NCBI RefSeq assembly: GCF_009914755.1
Contig: NC_060926.1
DNA length: 64,000 nt
Direction: 5' to 3' (one strand)
From: the human T2T-CHM13v2.0 reference genome, Homo sapiens
In this document: positions 53,330-64,000 of the stretch, in pieces
Layout of the letters: each line of letters starts with the position of its first letter
How positions within the stretch are numbered: position 1 is the first letter of the stretch
Notes under the pieces: generated by a model
What the model was told of the DNA's origin: nothing
What the model saw: the letters and a program-made list of their open reading frames with translations, nothing else
Database searches by the model: none
Translations under genes and position numbers: made by a program

Positions 53330-54600
53330 TCACGCACTTGCAGACTGCTCACTCATGTATCAAGTTCCTGCTTGATGTCTGCACTTGGTCGTCTAATAGA
53401 GAGCTCAAAAGGCTCAGAACTGAGCTTCCAACTTCTCCACCCACAGCCTTCTCCACCTGTCTGCTTGCTTCTTCAACAGAGAGGCCTCCAGGCCTTGGTG
53501 ACTGCAGGCAGTGAAGGCTCATTTCTCATTCACGGAAGCTGCGCAGCTGTCAGCAGAGAGCTCTGCTCTGTGCAGTCACTCAGGGTCTGACTGCTGCACA
53601 GCCATTGGTGAGGCTTCTGAGGTCCCTGCATGGGGAAGGATGAAACAGGAAAGGTGCTTCCATCTGCTCCTACCTGGAGGTGATGTGAGCTATTTCCTCT
53701 CGGTCACCATCCACAGACCAGAACACGTCTCAGGACAGAGGCTGCAGTGAAGGAGGTGGGACACAGAGGTACTCGCATCCCGTGCCTTGGGGCTCTCACT
53801 CCAGGACGTTAGTATCATCCGCACTGTGAGTCCCCACCCCGGGTGCTGAAACACCTCCCTCAGCTGCTTATGCAAGTGCTTTGAGTTAATCACCCATCTC
53901 TTTCTTTCTTTCATACCCCAGTGTAATTCCTCAGAAAATCCTAATGGCCCACTCCCAGCACACACAGAAAGCAGCTCCCATGACTGCTGCTGCCCGATCT
54001 GCCTGAACCATGCGGACGCCCCTCTTGACTCGGGCAGGTGCCACCTTCCCAGCCCAGCCCTTCTCAACCCAGAAGCCTGAGAATCCACTTAAAAAGGTGT
54101 CAGATCTGTCACTTTCCTGCTTAAAACCCTGCGAGTCTTCCTGATCCTCCGGGACGCTCTCCTGGGTCCTGTGAAGCCCTCACGAGGTCGTGCCCATCGA
54201 CCTTTCCCACCACTGCCCCCACTTTCCTGTGTCCTCAGCCCATGGGCTCTTCCCTGTTCTTTCACCACAGGGCAGACGTCCCTGTCAGAGCCCCTGCCTG
54301 TTGGTCCCTTTGTGTGAATGCTGCTGTCCCAGCGCCTCCCGCGGGCCTCCTGCCGGACACCAGGGTATCCACAGGCTGCTCTGAGGATGCCGCCTGCACA
54401 GCCACAGGCACCACGGCCTTGAAAACAAAAGACAAAAACTATGGCCCCTGCCATCTTCTGACATCACACAATTTACTCACAAATACCTGTTGGTGTTTTG
54501 CACTCGGCCCACAGACTGTGAGCTCCGCAGGGACATGCACTTGGGCTGGTTTTGTTCAGTGATGACGCTCAGACACTTGCAAATACAGTACTCAATAACT
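53330..54600 (+). mobile_element. L2 fragments, probably interrupted by an old MLT1 LTR at ~53500-53830
   Basis: cttgatgtctgcacttggtcgtctaatag, tcagatctgtcactttcctgcttaaaaccct, and agactgtgagctcc...ttttgttcagtg...ctcaataa. Confidence 0.6.
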
Positions 54601-55449
54601 AACATCAGTTTCTCAACTCACTGAAACTTTGTCAAATGAGAAAAGGTCTTCCAGCAACCCCTTCCCTGCCTGTTCCACTCTGGCCGCCCCACAAAACAGA
54701 GAAATGTCTGCACATCTGTGAGCTGATGCCAGAGACAGAAAGTGTGTCTAAAAGCAGAACATCCCCAGGCCTTCCCATGCACATCGTATGTATCAAGGAG
54801 TCTCTGAAGCCAATTTATACTAAAACTACGGCTTCCTTCACCTCCTAGCCAGCCCTGCCCCACCCACCGCCGCACACTGACCAGCTCTTCCACACTAAGG
54901 GAAATCCATTTAAAAATAGCCTAATTGAACCTGATTAGGTGTTGCTGCCAAAACGATATGCATTCCTCTTTCAGAGCTGTATAGAGGAGGCCTGGTGGCC
55001 ATGGGCTTGGACCGAGCCTGCTCTTCTGCACATGGATGGCTGAGTGTTGGCAGGATCCCATTTCTACGTCAATATATTAGGCATTTCCATCAAATGCTTC
55101 AGGATATGAGAATGCAGCTACATGTCACACAGGTCTTGTTTCAAAAACTTAATCCCCATGAAAGTTTCTGATTGTACCCCAGATGGTAGTGTGTAACTTG
55201 CTTCTCCATCAGGGAAAGTCCTGCTGTCCATGTGAGGCTCTGGCTCTCCCATTTTCCACCCCTGGGCTGTGATCACAGCAGAGCAGGCTTCTAGAATGCA
55301 TGTCCCCAGCACCCCATCCTTGCAGCAATGGCGAGGAGACAGCAAAGCTCCTGGGAACCTGCGCACTCGACTCACAGGGACGTCCCTCCAGAATCCAACC
55401 TCCAGGTTCCCACAAACGGCTACGACTGTGGCTTCAGGAAGCACGACTC

Positions 55450-55539
55450 GTTCTGCATGCAGCTTTCTCATTTGAAAAACAGAACTAATGTTGTCGTTCT
55501 GTATTTAGCTTTCTCATTTGAAAAACAGAACTAATGTTG
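55450..55539. repeat. Tandem duplication, 46-bp period
   Basis: agctttctcatttgaaaaacagaactaatgttg occurs at 55461 and 55507. Confidence 0.93.
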
Positions 55540-55996
55540 ATTTTTCCTGTGCGTGGCACGTGGTGCATAAAAGCCTGCGCTTTCTTTTCCGAGTCAGGTC
55601 CCCTTACATGCAGGGCACGCTGTTGGAGCCCTCAGTGGCGCTGCATGGTATGGGCAGGGCTGAGGGAGGGCTGCCCACACGAAAGGACACTTTTCCTTGC
55701 TGGGGACACTTGGCTTATCTGATGTCAATTCCCCTGGGTTATGTCTGATTTTTCAGAAAAGAACAGTGCGTTCTGGCCATTCTGGGACCTAAGCAGGGGC
55801 CAGCCAGACCTCAGCATCCTTCACATCTGTCCTGCTGGCCACGGTGTCTGGGGAGAGCTGTGCCACCCCCCTGCTCTGATCACACCTACCTTCTCCGGGG
55901 GACTGGCTGGTGCCCAGGGTGGGAAATGAAACATGTCTTCAATTGTTGAGGATTCACTACACATTTCTGTGTACTTCAGCAAAAACTCACGGATGG

Positions 55997-56252
55997 CCTG
56001 TGCTCCTAGCAGAAGGTGTGAGGGTCGCTGTGTTCCCAGGAGGAGGTCGGGTGGTGGGGGGGCTCCCTGTGCACCGGAAGGAGGTGGTGCGGGTCCCTGT
56101 CCACCCAGGAGGAGGTGGGGAGGATTCTGTAGTCCCAGGAGGAGGTGGGGAGGGTCCCTGTGCCCCCAGGAGGAGGTGGGGAGGGTCCCTGTGCCCCCAG
56201 GAGGAGGTGGGGAGGATTCTGTGCCCCCAGGAGGAGGTGGGGAGGGTTCCTG
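55997..56252. repeat. 30-31-bp G-rich minisatellite, ~8 copies
   Basis: gtgcccccaggaggaggtggggagg(gtccct/attct) at 56160, 56191 and 56221, with degenerate copies upstream. Confidence 0.93.
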
Positions 56253-57068
56253 GGAGAATTGAGGCATGTGCTATCTTATCTGGCTTTTACACAGGTGAAT
56301 AACGGGTCCAAGGCTACAGACATAGCAGGTGGTATGTCCAGAATTTTACCCCATTTGTCCTGTGCCAAATTCTGTTGATTTTGGTTAGTTAATTTACCTG
56401 GGCCCCTGACCCCCTAGTATATAAGGTGTGAGACCCCCTGAGGGTACAGCACCTGGTTCTTAATATATATTATAATGGCCCATCTTTTCTATTCGTTCCT
56501 GATAAAATGTTTCATTTTAACGAAGATCCGAGTGTTTTAAGGAAACTGAAGTTCGCGGAGCGGCTGCAGGACACCAGAAGCTGTTTTCCATCTGGTTCCT
56601 GCATTGTTTAATTTGTGCTTCACAGAGAGAGGTTTTATTCTCATTTGACAAGTAAGGTTTTAAAAAACTTAATAACTTCTTTTAAAAATCTGGTAAGGAA
56701 TAGAACTTCATTTGCGTCCCTGGTTCAAATATTTTCATGACACTGGACACAGAAAACTATGGCTGGGTGTGTGGTAAGGGGAAAACCCGCTCCTTAAGGC
56801 AGCTTCCTGCGTGCCCACCGTGTTCGGGCCCCCGTGGGACTTGTCTCTGCCCACGTATAAGTTTTCATTCACAAAACCAGTTAAAAAGAAAACTCAACAC
56901 TTTTCTCCATCATGGGAAACATTCAAATGCTTTGTATCATGAAGAATGCAGCCTTAAGACTGTCATCCTTCTAGGAAGAGAGCGGTTTTTACAATTCACA
57001 GTTTTTAGAACTGTCCTCATCCTGTTCTGATCTGGGGCCCTCCCTGCTCCGCCTGGGCTGTCACCGTG

Positions 57069-57164
57069 TCCTGGGGGTGACATGGGCCTGCTCCGCGGGG
57101 CGTGGAGACCGGGCCCTTCTTCCTGGGGGTGACGTGGGCCTGCTCCGCGGGGCGTGGAGACCGG
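57069..57164. repeat. Tandem duplication, 52-bp period, CpG-rich
   Basis: tcctgggggtgac(a/g)tgggcctgctccgcggggcgtggagaccgg at 57069 and 57121. Confidence 0.93.
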
Positions 57165-57761
57165 ACACTGCCTCCTGCGCTGTCATTCCGTGCTCCCATG
57201 GCTTTGTTTCCTTAGACTATTGCTTAATGTGAGTGTTGGTGGTGCCTGCTTTGTTTATGAGGACCTGAATTTAAAGAACCAATAATAGTTCACCTATTAA
57301 AATTTAAACTCTTGGGAGTATCTATTATTTAGAAAACTGAGGTCAAGTCTCCCCTCCAAAAACACTGTCTTGAAGATATTTTTTAAGCCAAATTTTTGAA
57401 AAAAGCTTCAATTAACAGAAAATCTACGGAGTCCTATTTCTGAAAATTATATTTTTAGGCTGAAAGTTCCACAATATCGCAGTGAACCTTTCCTCTAAAT
57501 CAGTCTTTTTCACAGTCTGTCTCTGTTTCTCACACACACACATGCACACACACGCACACCGTGTTCACTGACTCGAGGTCTGTCTTCCCACTTGACTGTG
57601 TTCTGATTTTTTGTCATCTACCCTACACCTAACACAAGGACAATGAAACAACACTTGTTGAATACATGCAATGAATACAACAGGAATGATCATGTTCTCA
57701 TGTTCAAGCCAATTTTCAAAGGTGGACTTATGAGCAGTGCCAGCATTTTCCAGGCCATGGT

Positions 57762-57861
57762 GAGCCTGTGGACTTGAACAGGGGGTCATGAGCAGGGTTG
57801 GAAGGCACTCAGAGCCTGTGGACTTGAACAGGGGGTCACGCGCAGGGTCAGAAGGCACTCA
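57762..57861. repeat. Tandem duplication, 50-bp period
   Basis: gagcctgtggacttgaacagggggtca at 57762 and 57812. Confidence 0.93.
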
Positions 57862-58622
57862 CGACACAGGGCCTCTGCTCCTCCACGACCTCCCCTCGGT
57901 GACCCAGAGTGCCCTCTTGTCACAGCCTGTGGGGGAGACGAGGGTCTCAGGGCACTGTGGATCCCAGTGGGGCACGTGTCTACACACTCTCCTCACATGC
58001 CCCAGATCTGCGTCACTTTAAAATATTTTGATAGGTTATAAGTAAGGAAGATTGCTGCAGGACCAGTAAAAGTGTGCTCACAGATGATTTACAAAGTATC
58101 CTGAGAGATCTGGGGAGGCGAGAGCAACCTGCTCACAGATTTTGCCAAAATCAACATTTAAACAACTCCGTTTGGCAGAAGAGCAGCGCTATTGGAATTA
58201 GCCGGCAGCTCTTTCCTGCTGGGCCTCTGCCAGACTCCAGACCCCACAGAGCAGAGGCTATGACTTAAAAGCAGCTAAAAAGCTTGAAGAAATAGAAGCC
58301 TGGATTAGGCAGAATATCCCAAACTTGAAACAGGCAGGTTCTTCCATGGACTTCTCTCTTTCCTCCTTTGACCCAGTGTTCACGATGAGTCCCCTTCCTC
58401 TCCTTCCACTGCCTCATTTTCCTGCACATTGTGCCGCCTTGAAACTTCCACCATATAATTGCTCTTGATTTTATATTTTGTATGTTCCCTTAGAAAGGTT
58501 TAAATATGATCATGTGCAGAGCCATTGGATAAATTTGTGGAATAACCAAAAATTACTATGCAAAGCTTTTCTGAGGGACATGGAACATTTTAATGCATTT
58601 TAATTGTTTCTCCTCTTAGTGA

Positions 58623-59492
58623 TATGAACTAAAAATAAAATCCTAAGCGCCCCCCAACAACTGATGGAATGGCCACAGAAACCCCAGAAAAACCTTACAG
58701 CTGAGTTCCTGGCCATGATGGGATGGGAGGCTGGACGGGCCTCAGATACCCCTCCAGTTTACAGTTTAGACACAACAATAACCAGCTTTAAAACGGAGAT
58801 TATAAAAACGAACAGAACAGACTCTTTGCGGCAATGAGATACCAAATTATGAACAGGACCTAAGGCCATTGCAGGCAAGGGTGAAGTCACACACCCCGCA
58901 TGCAAAGAATCGACTGTCCTCACTGCCACCAGGTTTTTCTTCTTCTCTAGCAGCCGAACAAGCACTAGCCTTGAATCAACATGAAACCCATCGCAGCTCA
59001 TCCAGCTCACAGACACTGCTCCGTGAGCCACAACTACAGCTCTGATTGCACAAGAGGCTGATTTCAGTAACTCTCTCCTAAGCGACCCCGGACCACAGAC
59101 GGGTTCTGACCGGTTTACAGAGGCTGCCTTCACATTCTGAAAACACCTTTTGACATACAGGACCTGACGGTAATACATTTAAATATTACATCTCCACCCC
59201 AAGGTGAACATGAGTCGTATGTTACACACGTGTCTGTTTAACACGTGTCAGCACCACCTTTGTAAATATCTGCAGCTCTCCTGTGCCTGATGAATGGGTA
59301 TCTTTAGCCAACTGTTCAGCCTGAAGCTCCTGCCCCAACCCCTCCTGCCGGAAGTGCCCATCTCTGGTCTTGGCAGGAGGCTGGACTTCCCAGCCCATAG
59401 GGTGGCCTCCTTGCAGGCTGTAACCCTTTACAAGAAATAAAGTCTTCTCTGCTTTTCCAAATTTATAAATTGTGGCTTTTTTAAAGTTAACG
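58623..59492 (+). mobile_element. MER4-group ERV1 solo LTR (MER4D/E-like)
   Basis: aactaaaaataaaatcctaagc...ccccagaaaaacctt...gctgtaacccttta...aataaagtc...aagttaac. The flanks gtga/gtgg resemble a 4-bp TSD. Confidence 0.82.
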
Positions 59493-60329
59493 GTGGCTAT
59501 CTTGCGAATCATTTACTGAACAATGATATTCGGCTATATGAGATGACTCATTTGCCTAAATGCTTCATCGCTGCTGTTTCGTTGGCATAATTACCTGATC
59601 AGGAGTTAGGCTCTGCTCCCTCATGTTTTGTTATTAGCCGCAGCAGTATCATAGGAACTTCCCTGAAAGAGGACCTCAGGTTCCCACCAGGCACTAGGAC
59701 CTCATGTGTGTTTGCATTTCTGGGCATTCTTACGGAATATTTTAGGAAACAATAGTGCTTGCTTCTACTCTCGGATAAATGTATGCCATTTTCCCACGGT
59801 TTTGGTGTAAATGGCTGTGGGGATGGCTGTGGAGATGGATTAACTTTCATACATGAGCAAACCTTGGCTCTGGGTGGTTAGATCGGCAGAACGCCCTGCA
59901 CAGCCTTGGACCGACCTGCCCGGGTTTCCAGGTGCACGCTCGGAAAGCAATGGCATCAGGGAGATTCTGTCACCTGCACATTTGCATCACTGAAGACTGT
60001 TTTGGCTGCAGATAAGCACACCCTGTCCTTACTTCAGTGACAAAACGTTTTCAAGATAGAGGGACCAGCTGGCGTTCAGGAGAAACAAGAACCCGGCTGC
60101 CCTGGGATGGAGCCCCGGTCCCTCCTGGACCCCGTCTGAAGACATAAAGGCGTCAGTTTCTTCCTAGTCACGTGGGAGGACGTAGAGCCCACTGCAGCTC
60201 TTGGCTGTGTTTTCAGAAAATGGCCCTTTTGCATCCTCTCGGTCACTGTCTGAGGACACGGAGCCCCGGACGCCTCTGCTGTTTCCTGCAGGAGGTTAGT
60301 CGGCTCCCAGCACCGTTCTCTGAGGAAAC

Positions 60330-61000
60330 ATCTGAGAGCTTCAACGCCCTTGGCGGAGTCCATTCTCCCAGACTTGATGGTTAGAGCATACAAGGCGTAC
60401 AGACACACCAGGGTGCTGAGGTCCAATACACCCGCGACAAACAGCAATTTATCCACCCCCTTGTGCAAAACCCGGATCCGATGCCTCCTCTGCCTAACTC
60501 CAGTCACCCAGAGCCTCGTCTCGTGGGTCTCCAGCCTCCTGGTCCAATCGGCTGGGGCCGCCTCTCATCTTCCAGGACCCGCCCTCTCCCGCCGGAAGCG
60601 CCCTCCTCCTGGCGGAAACAGCTTCTCCCCGTCCCGCCCCTCAGTCTGCTCTTCACACGGATACCACGAATGCCACGGTGGCCTCCTGAAGACGGAGTCT
60701 GGTCTCACATTCCTCCAGCTTCCTGTGAGGCTTCCCCAAAAATGCAAATTCAATCACAAGGCGCCTGGGCTGACGTCTCCCCTCCTGTGCGTTCCCTTCT
60801 CCTGGGTCATCTGTCGCCCCCCCGCACTGTCCGTGGCTGCGTCTCCTCTCCTGTCCCTTCCGTTCTCCTGGGTCATCGCCCCCCAACCCCAACCCTCCAT
60901 GGCCGCGTCGTCCCCGCTTCAACCCCACTGTCTATGGCTGCGTCTCCTCTCCTGTCCGTTCCCTTCTACTAGGTCATTGTCGCCCCCCCCCCCCACATTG
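60330..61000. promoter_or_regulatory. CpG-rich promoter-like region
   Basis: CCAAT at 60544, CCCGCCC at 60578 and 60633, CCGGAAG at 60592, TGGCGGAAA at 60610, ATGCAAAT at 60742, and elevated CpG. Confidence 0.5.
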
Positions 61001-61002
61001 TC
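60773..61002. repeat. Three degenerate C-rich direct repeats
   Basis: cgtctcc(c/t)ctcctgt...ttcc(c/g)ttct...ggtcat at about 60774, 60840 and 60941. Confidence 0.8.
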
Positions 61003-62592
61003 CTCACAGCTTCCTGGCTGCACTGGCGAGGGACATTTCCTTCCATTTCCAGTGAAAGGCCTTTGCCATATTAAATCAGTAAAACAAGAAAAACTCCCCC
61101 ACCTCTTATCAGATTGGAGGGCACAGAAAGCACACGTGTTACATGCGTGGTGTGGACGTTTCCCATGTCATAATTTCAGATGCATAAACCCCAGCGAAGG
61201 GTGAGCGCACGGCATGGCACCTGCAGCATGGGGTTCACGTTCTGGAAGGTTCTGGCTGACTCCCACCCCGCCCTTCACTGGCCAAGTAAACTTGCAGAAG
61301 TTACTTAACCCTTGACCTAGAAGAGCCTCCTGTCACCTGAAAAGGGAAAGTCGGGATTGTAAGGAAAGGAATCTCATAGGGCTTCTCTGAGGAGACAAAT
61401 CATTGGATTGGGCTTAGACGTTCCATCCGTGGCAAGGTATGAAAAACAAACAAAATGCCACCAGGTAGTAGCGTGACGTTCTGTCCCCGTTCCTGTCTTT
61501 GGTTTATAGCCTTTTCTTTCAGAGACGGAATGTTTCCGTGTTTTATATCCACAGATTTCCGGCTTTGCCCTTTGGAGCCTGAGGAGCAAGGGTAGAATGA
61601 GGATCGTGAGGTTCTTCAGAGGCAGTTACTCACGAGGTCACAGCGCAGAAACGGCAAGAAATGTCAGTTATAAAATGTCCATGTGCATTTTAAATGAATG
61701 GTTATTAAAATCCTTCTTTTTCCGTAAGGGATCTAAAAAATTAAACAATTTGTAACTCAAACACACTTGTCAGGTAGCCTGAGTCAAAACCAGGAGAGGC
61801 TCCATGGTCTGGAGTCTCCAGGTGCTCTCCTGGGTGAGGGTCTTGTTGCCTAAGGGGTTTATGTAATGAACTCATTCTAATACAAGCAAAACATGAGTCC
61901 CTCAGAGTTGTTCAAAAAATCAGGAAATAGGAAAAAATAAATAAATGAGAACAGAATATTGACAGGAGAGGAAAATGAAGAGTTACTGGGAGATTTGAAG
62001 GAGGGGAAATGGGCAAAGGGTAAATTTAGCAATTAGACTTAAAGTCAGTGGAGAATTAAGTGGAATAATCTATTCTTACATCCATGTATTTTGGTTTTAA
62101 AATTTTGATTAATATTCACTCAACACTAATTTCTAACAAAATAGAATATTTTCTTATTGTCTGTTTCCACCACTGAGCTTGTAATATATATCCACTAGTA
62201 ATTTTAGTAGATCATAACCCCTCCAAAGGAGCCCATAGAATAAACTTATTTTTGAACAGTCACATTTTCTCCAATGAACTTTTTTATTTTCAAGTTTGAA
62301 AAGCTTTAGACATACAGAAAAGTAGAGTGAATAATGGAGACCGTAGCCAGGACTCAGATTTAGAAAAATAGGTTTAATCTGTTGTTATATGGCATTTGTG
62401 TCATACATTTGACTCATTTTTATAAAATGAAATCTAGAATTTATAAAATGTTGATTGAAAGGATTAGGAGTAAAGTTTAACCTGATGTTTATTTCTCCAA
62501 ATCTCTTTGTTCTATGTTAACAGGTCAGGACAACTATGGATGTGAAGGATGGGAGAGGGGCCTCCTTCCGCATGAGGTCCCCAGAGGTATTT

Positions 62593-62878
62593 GTCTCCAT
62601 CTAGAAACTGAGGGGCATTTGTCTCCATCCAGGACTTGGGGGGCCTCCTTCTCCATCCAGGACTGGGGTGTGTCCTTCTGCATCCAGGACAGGGGGACAT
62701 CCTTCTCCATCCATGATTCAGAGTTCATCCTTCTCTATCCAGGAGAGGGGTTCATCCTTCTCCATCTAGGACTTGAGGGACATCCTTCTCCATCCAGGAC
62801 TGAGAGGCATCCTTCTCCTTGCAGTACCTGAGGGACATCCTTCTCCATTCAGGACCTGAGGATGTCCTTCTCTGTACT
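62593..62878. repeat. 27-29-bp degenerate minisatellite, ~10 copies
   Basis: Variants of tctccatccaggac-N8-catcct in tandem. Confidence 0.9.
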
Positions 62879-63049
62879 CCCTTGGGACTGCACCCTTTCC
62901 TGTGCCATCCTTCAGAATGCTAGGCTGTCGCTGGTTGTGGATTGAACTCTAGCATCTTATCTCTATTCTAGGTGAATCCCTTCACATTTATAGTGATTTA
63001 CCATTTAATCACTGTGCCATTTTCCCCAAAATATGTGGGGTTTGGGGTT

Positions 63050-64000
63050 TGGTTTTTGTTCTTACTTCTATTAATTCTTCGGTTCCCACCTCCAGTTGTT
63101 TTGTAATTTCTTTTACAACCTAATATGGTCCCATTTGGTAAGTATTACCATGTACTAGAAAATAATGTATATTCAGTATTTGTTGTGATTTTTAAACCTT
63201 TAATAAACTCATAAGATTTTTGTCTATTTTCCATTTAAATTGAGAAGTACGATCCCAATGTTCCTCTCTCGATCTGCTCCCGTTAGTCTCCATGTGTGTC
63301 CTGGAGGTGAGGTCAGCATTGGACTTAACCCTGTGTCACCTCCTTGGTTCTACTGCTCACCTGTGGCATCCATCCTGCTGTTTATTATTTTTTCCTTAAA
63401 TTGTATTTGAACTATTAATTTTGCTACAGCAACTTGCTTTCTGTGAATATTTACTCAGTAGTTTCATTTCCATTCTTTTTTGCCCTTAATTTGAAAGTGC
63501 TGCTTTGCTATTGATAATTTTGTATTTTAATATGTGAGGTTAATTCCTCTGTGTTTGGTAGGAAAAAGTGATACATTTGAACTTATTTCTATTATGTGAT
63601 TTTGGATTTTGGATTTGCAAAACTTTATCCTTGATTCTCTTTTCCTTTCTCCAGACTTATTTTCAACTGACATTTCCTTTTCCATTTCCTTCTTATGCTG
63701 ATTTGTAGGTTTTCCAGCCTATTTACCGTTCTTTAGTGTCCTACATTTTAAAATAATTCTTAAATTATCGACTAATAATTTTAAGCATATTGGATTTGCG
63801 GTTTTCTCCCAGTGCTCTAGTTATAATCTCTTCTATCTTGTCATTTTATTCTTGTTATTTTTCTATTAATTCTTGAGATATAGGTATTAGAATTGTCAAA
63901 TTGTGAATTTAAGCATTTACCCTTTAAATTTGGTTATTTTTGCTTCATATATTTTGTTATTTTGTATCAGGTGCATGCATGCTTATGATCATTAGGTTTT
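63050..64000 (-). mobile_element. Ancient L1M fragments (antisense)
   Basis: T-rich strand. ttttgcttcatatattttg...ggtgcat resembles the antisense ORF2 endonuclease region. Confidence 0.55.

Noticed and set aside
60350-61204. 284-aa plus-strand ORF
   Set aside because: TTG start, GC-rich and partly direct-repeat sequence, and no recognisable domain.
62593-62878. Repeat-spacer appearance suggesting CRISPR (also at 24505 and 49724)
   Set aside because: Primate DNA, contiguous degenerate tandem units without unique spacers, and no cas genes.

Overview
Primate genomic DNA, human-like (AluY/AluS, THE1C, MLT2A1, MADE1, L1PA, MER4), non-coding as far as I can tell. I recognise no protein-coding exon, tRNA, rRNA or CRISPR array. 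The long ORFs in the track are explained by Alu, L1 or tandem-repeat sequence. A large part of the window is interspersed repeat, including a ~14-kb nested L1/LTR cluster at about 31.5-45.7 kb. It also has an unusually high density of GC-rich minisatellites and ~50-bp tandem duplications, which is typical of distal/subtelomeric chromosome bands (inference). There are two CpG-rich promoter-like regions, at ~5.4-6.5 kb and ~60.3-61.0 kb. I do not see a new multi-gene system. The best leads are regulatory. First, tandem repeats that multimerise transcription-factor motifs: about 40 co-oriented RUNX-type TGYGGT sites at 12.5-13.6 kb, an E2F-like CpG 16-mer VNTR in a CpG island, and a CACCTG 57-mer VNTR. 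Second, two solo LTRs of DUX4-responsive families, one with a perfect DUX4 motif. Third, an MLT1A provirus whose two LTRs look discordant, an L1 with a splice-compatible ORF1-ORF2 fusion, and several non-coding exon candidates. Repeat subfamily names come from my recollection of consensus sequences and need RepeatMasker/Dfam confirmation. Boundaries of old elements are approximate.
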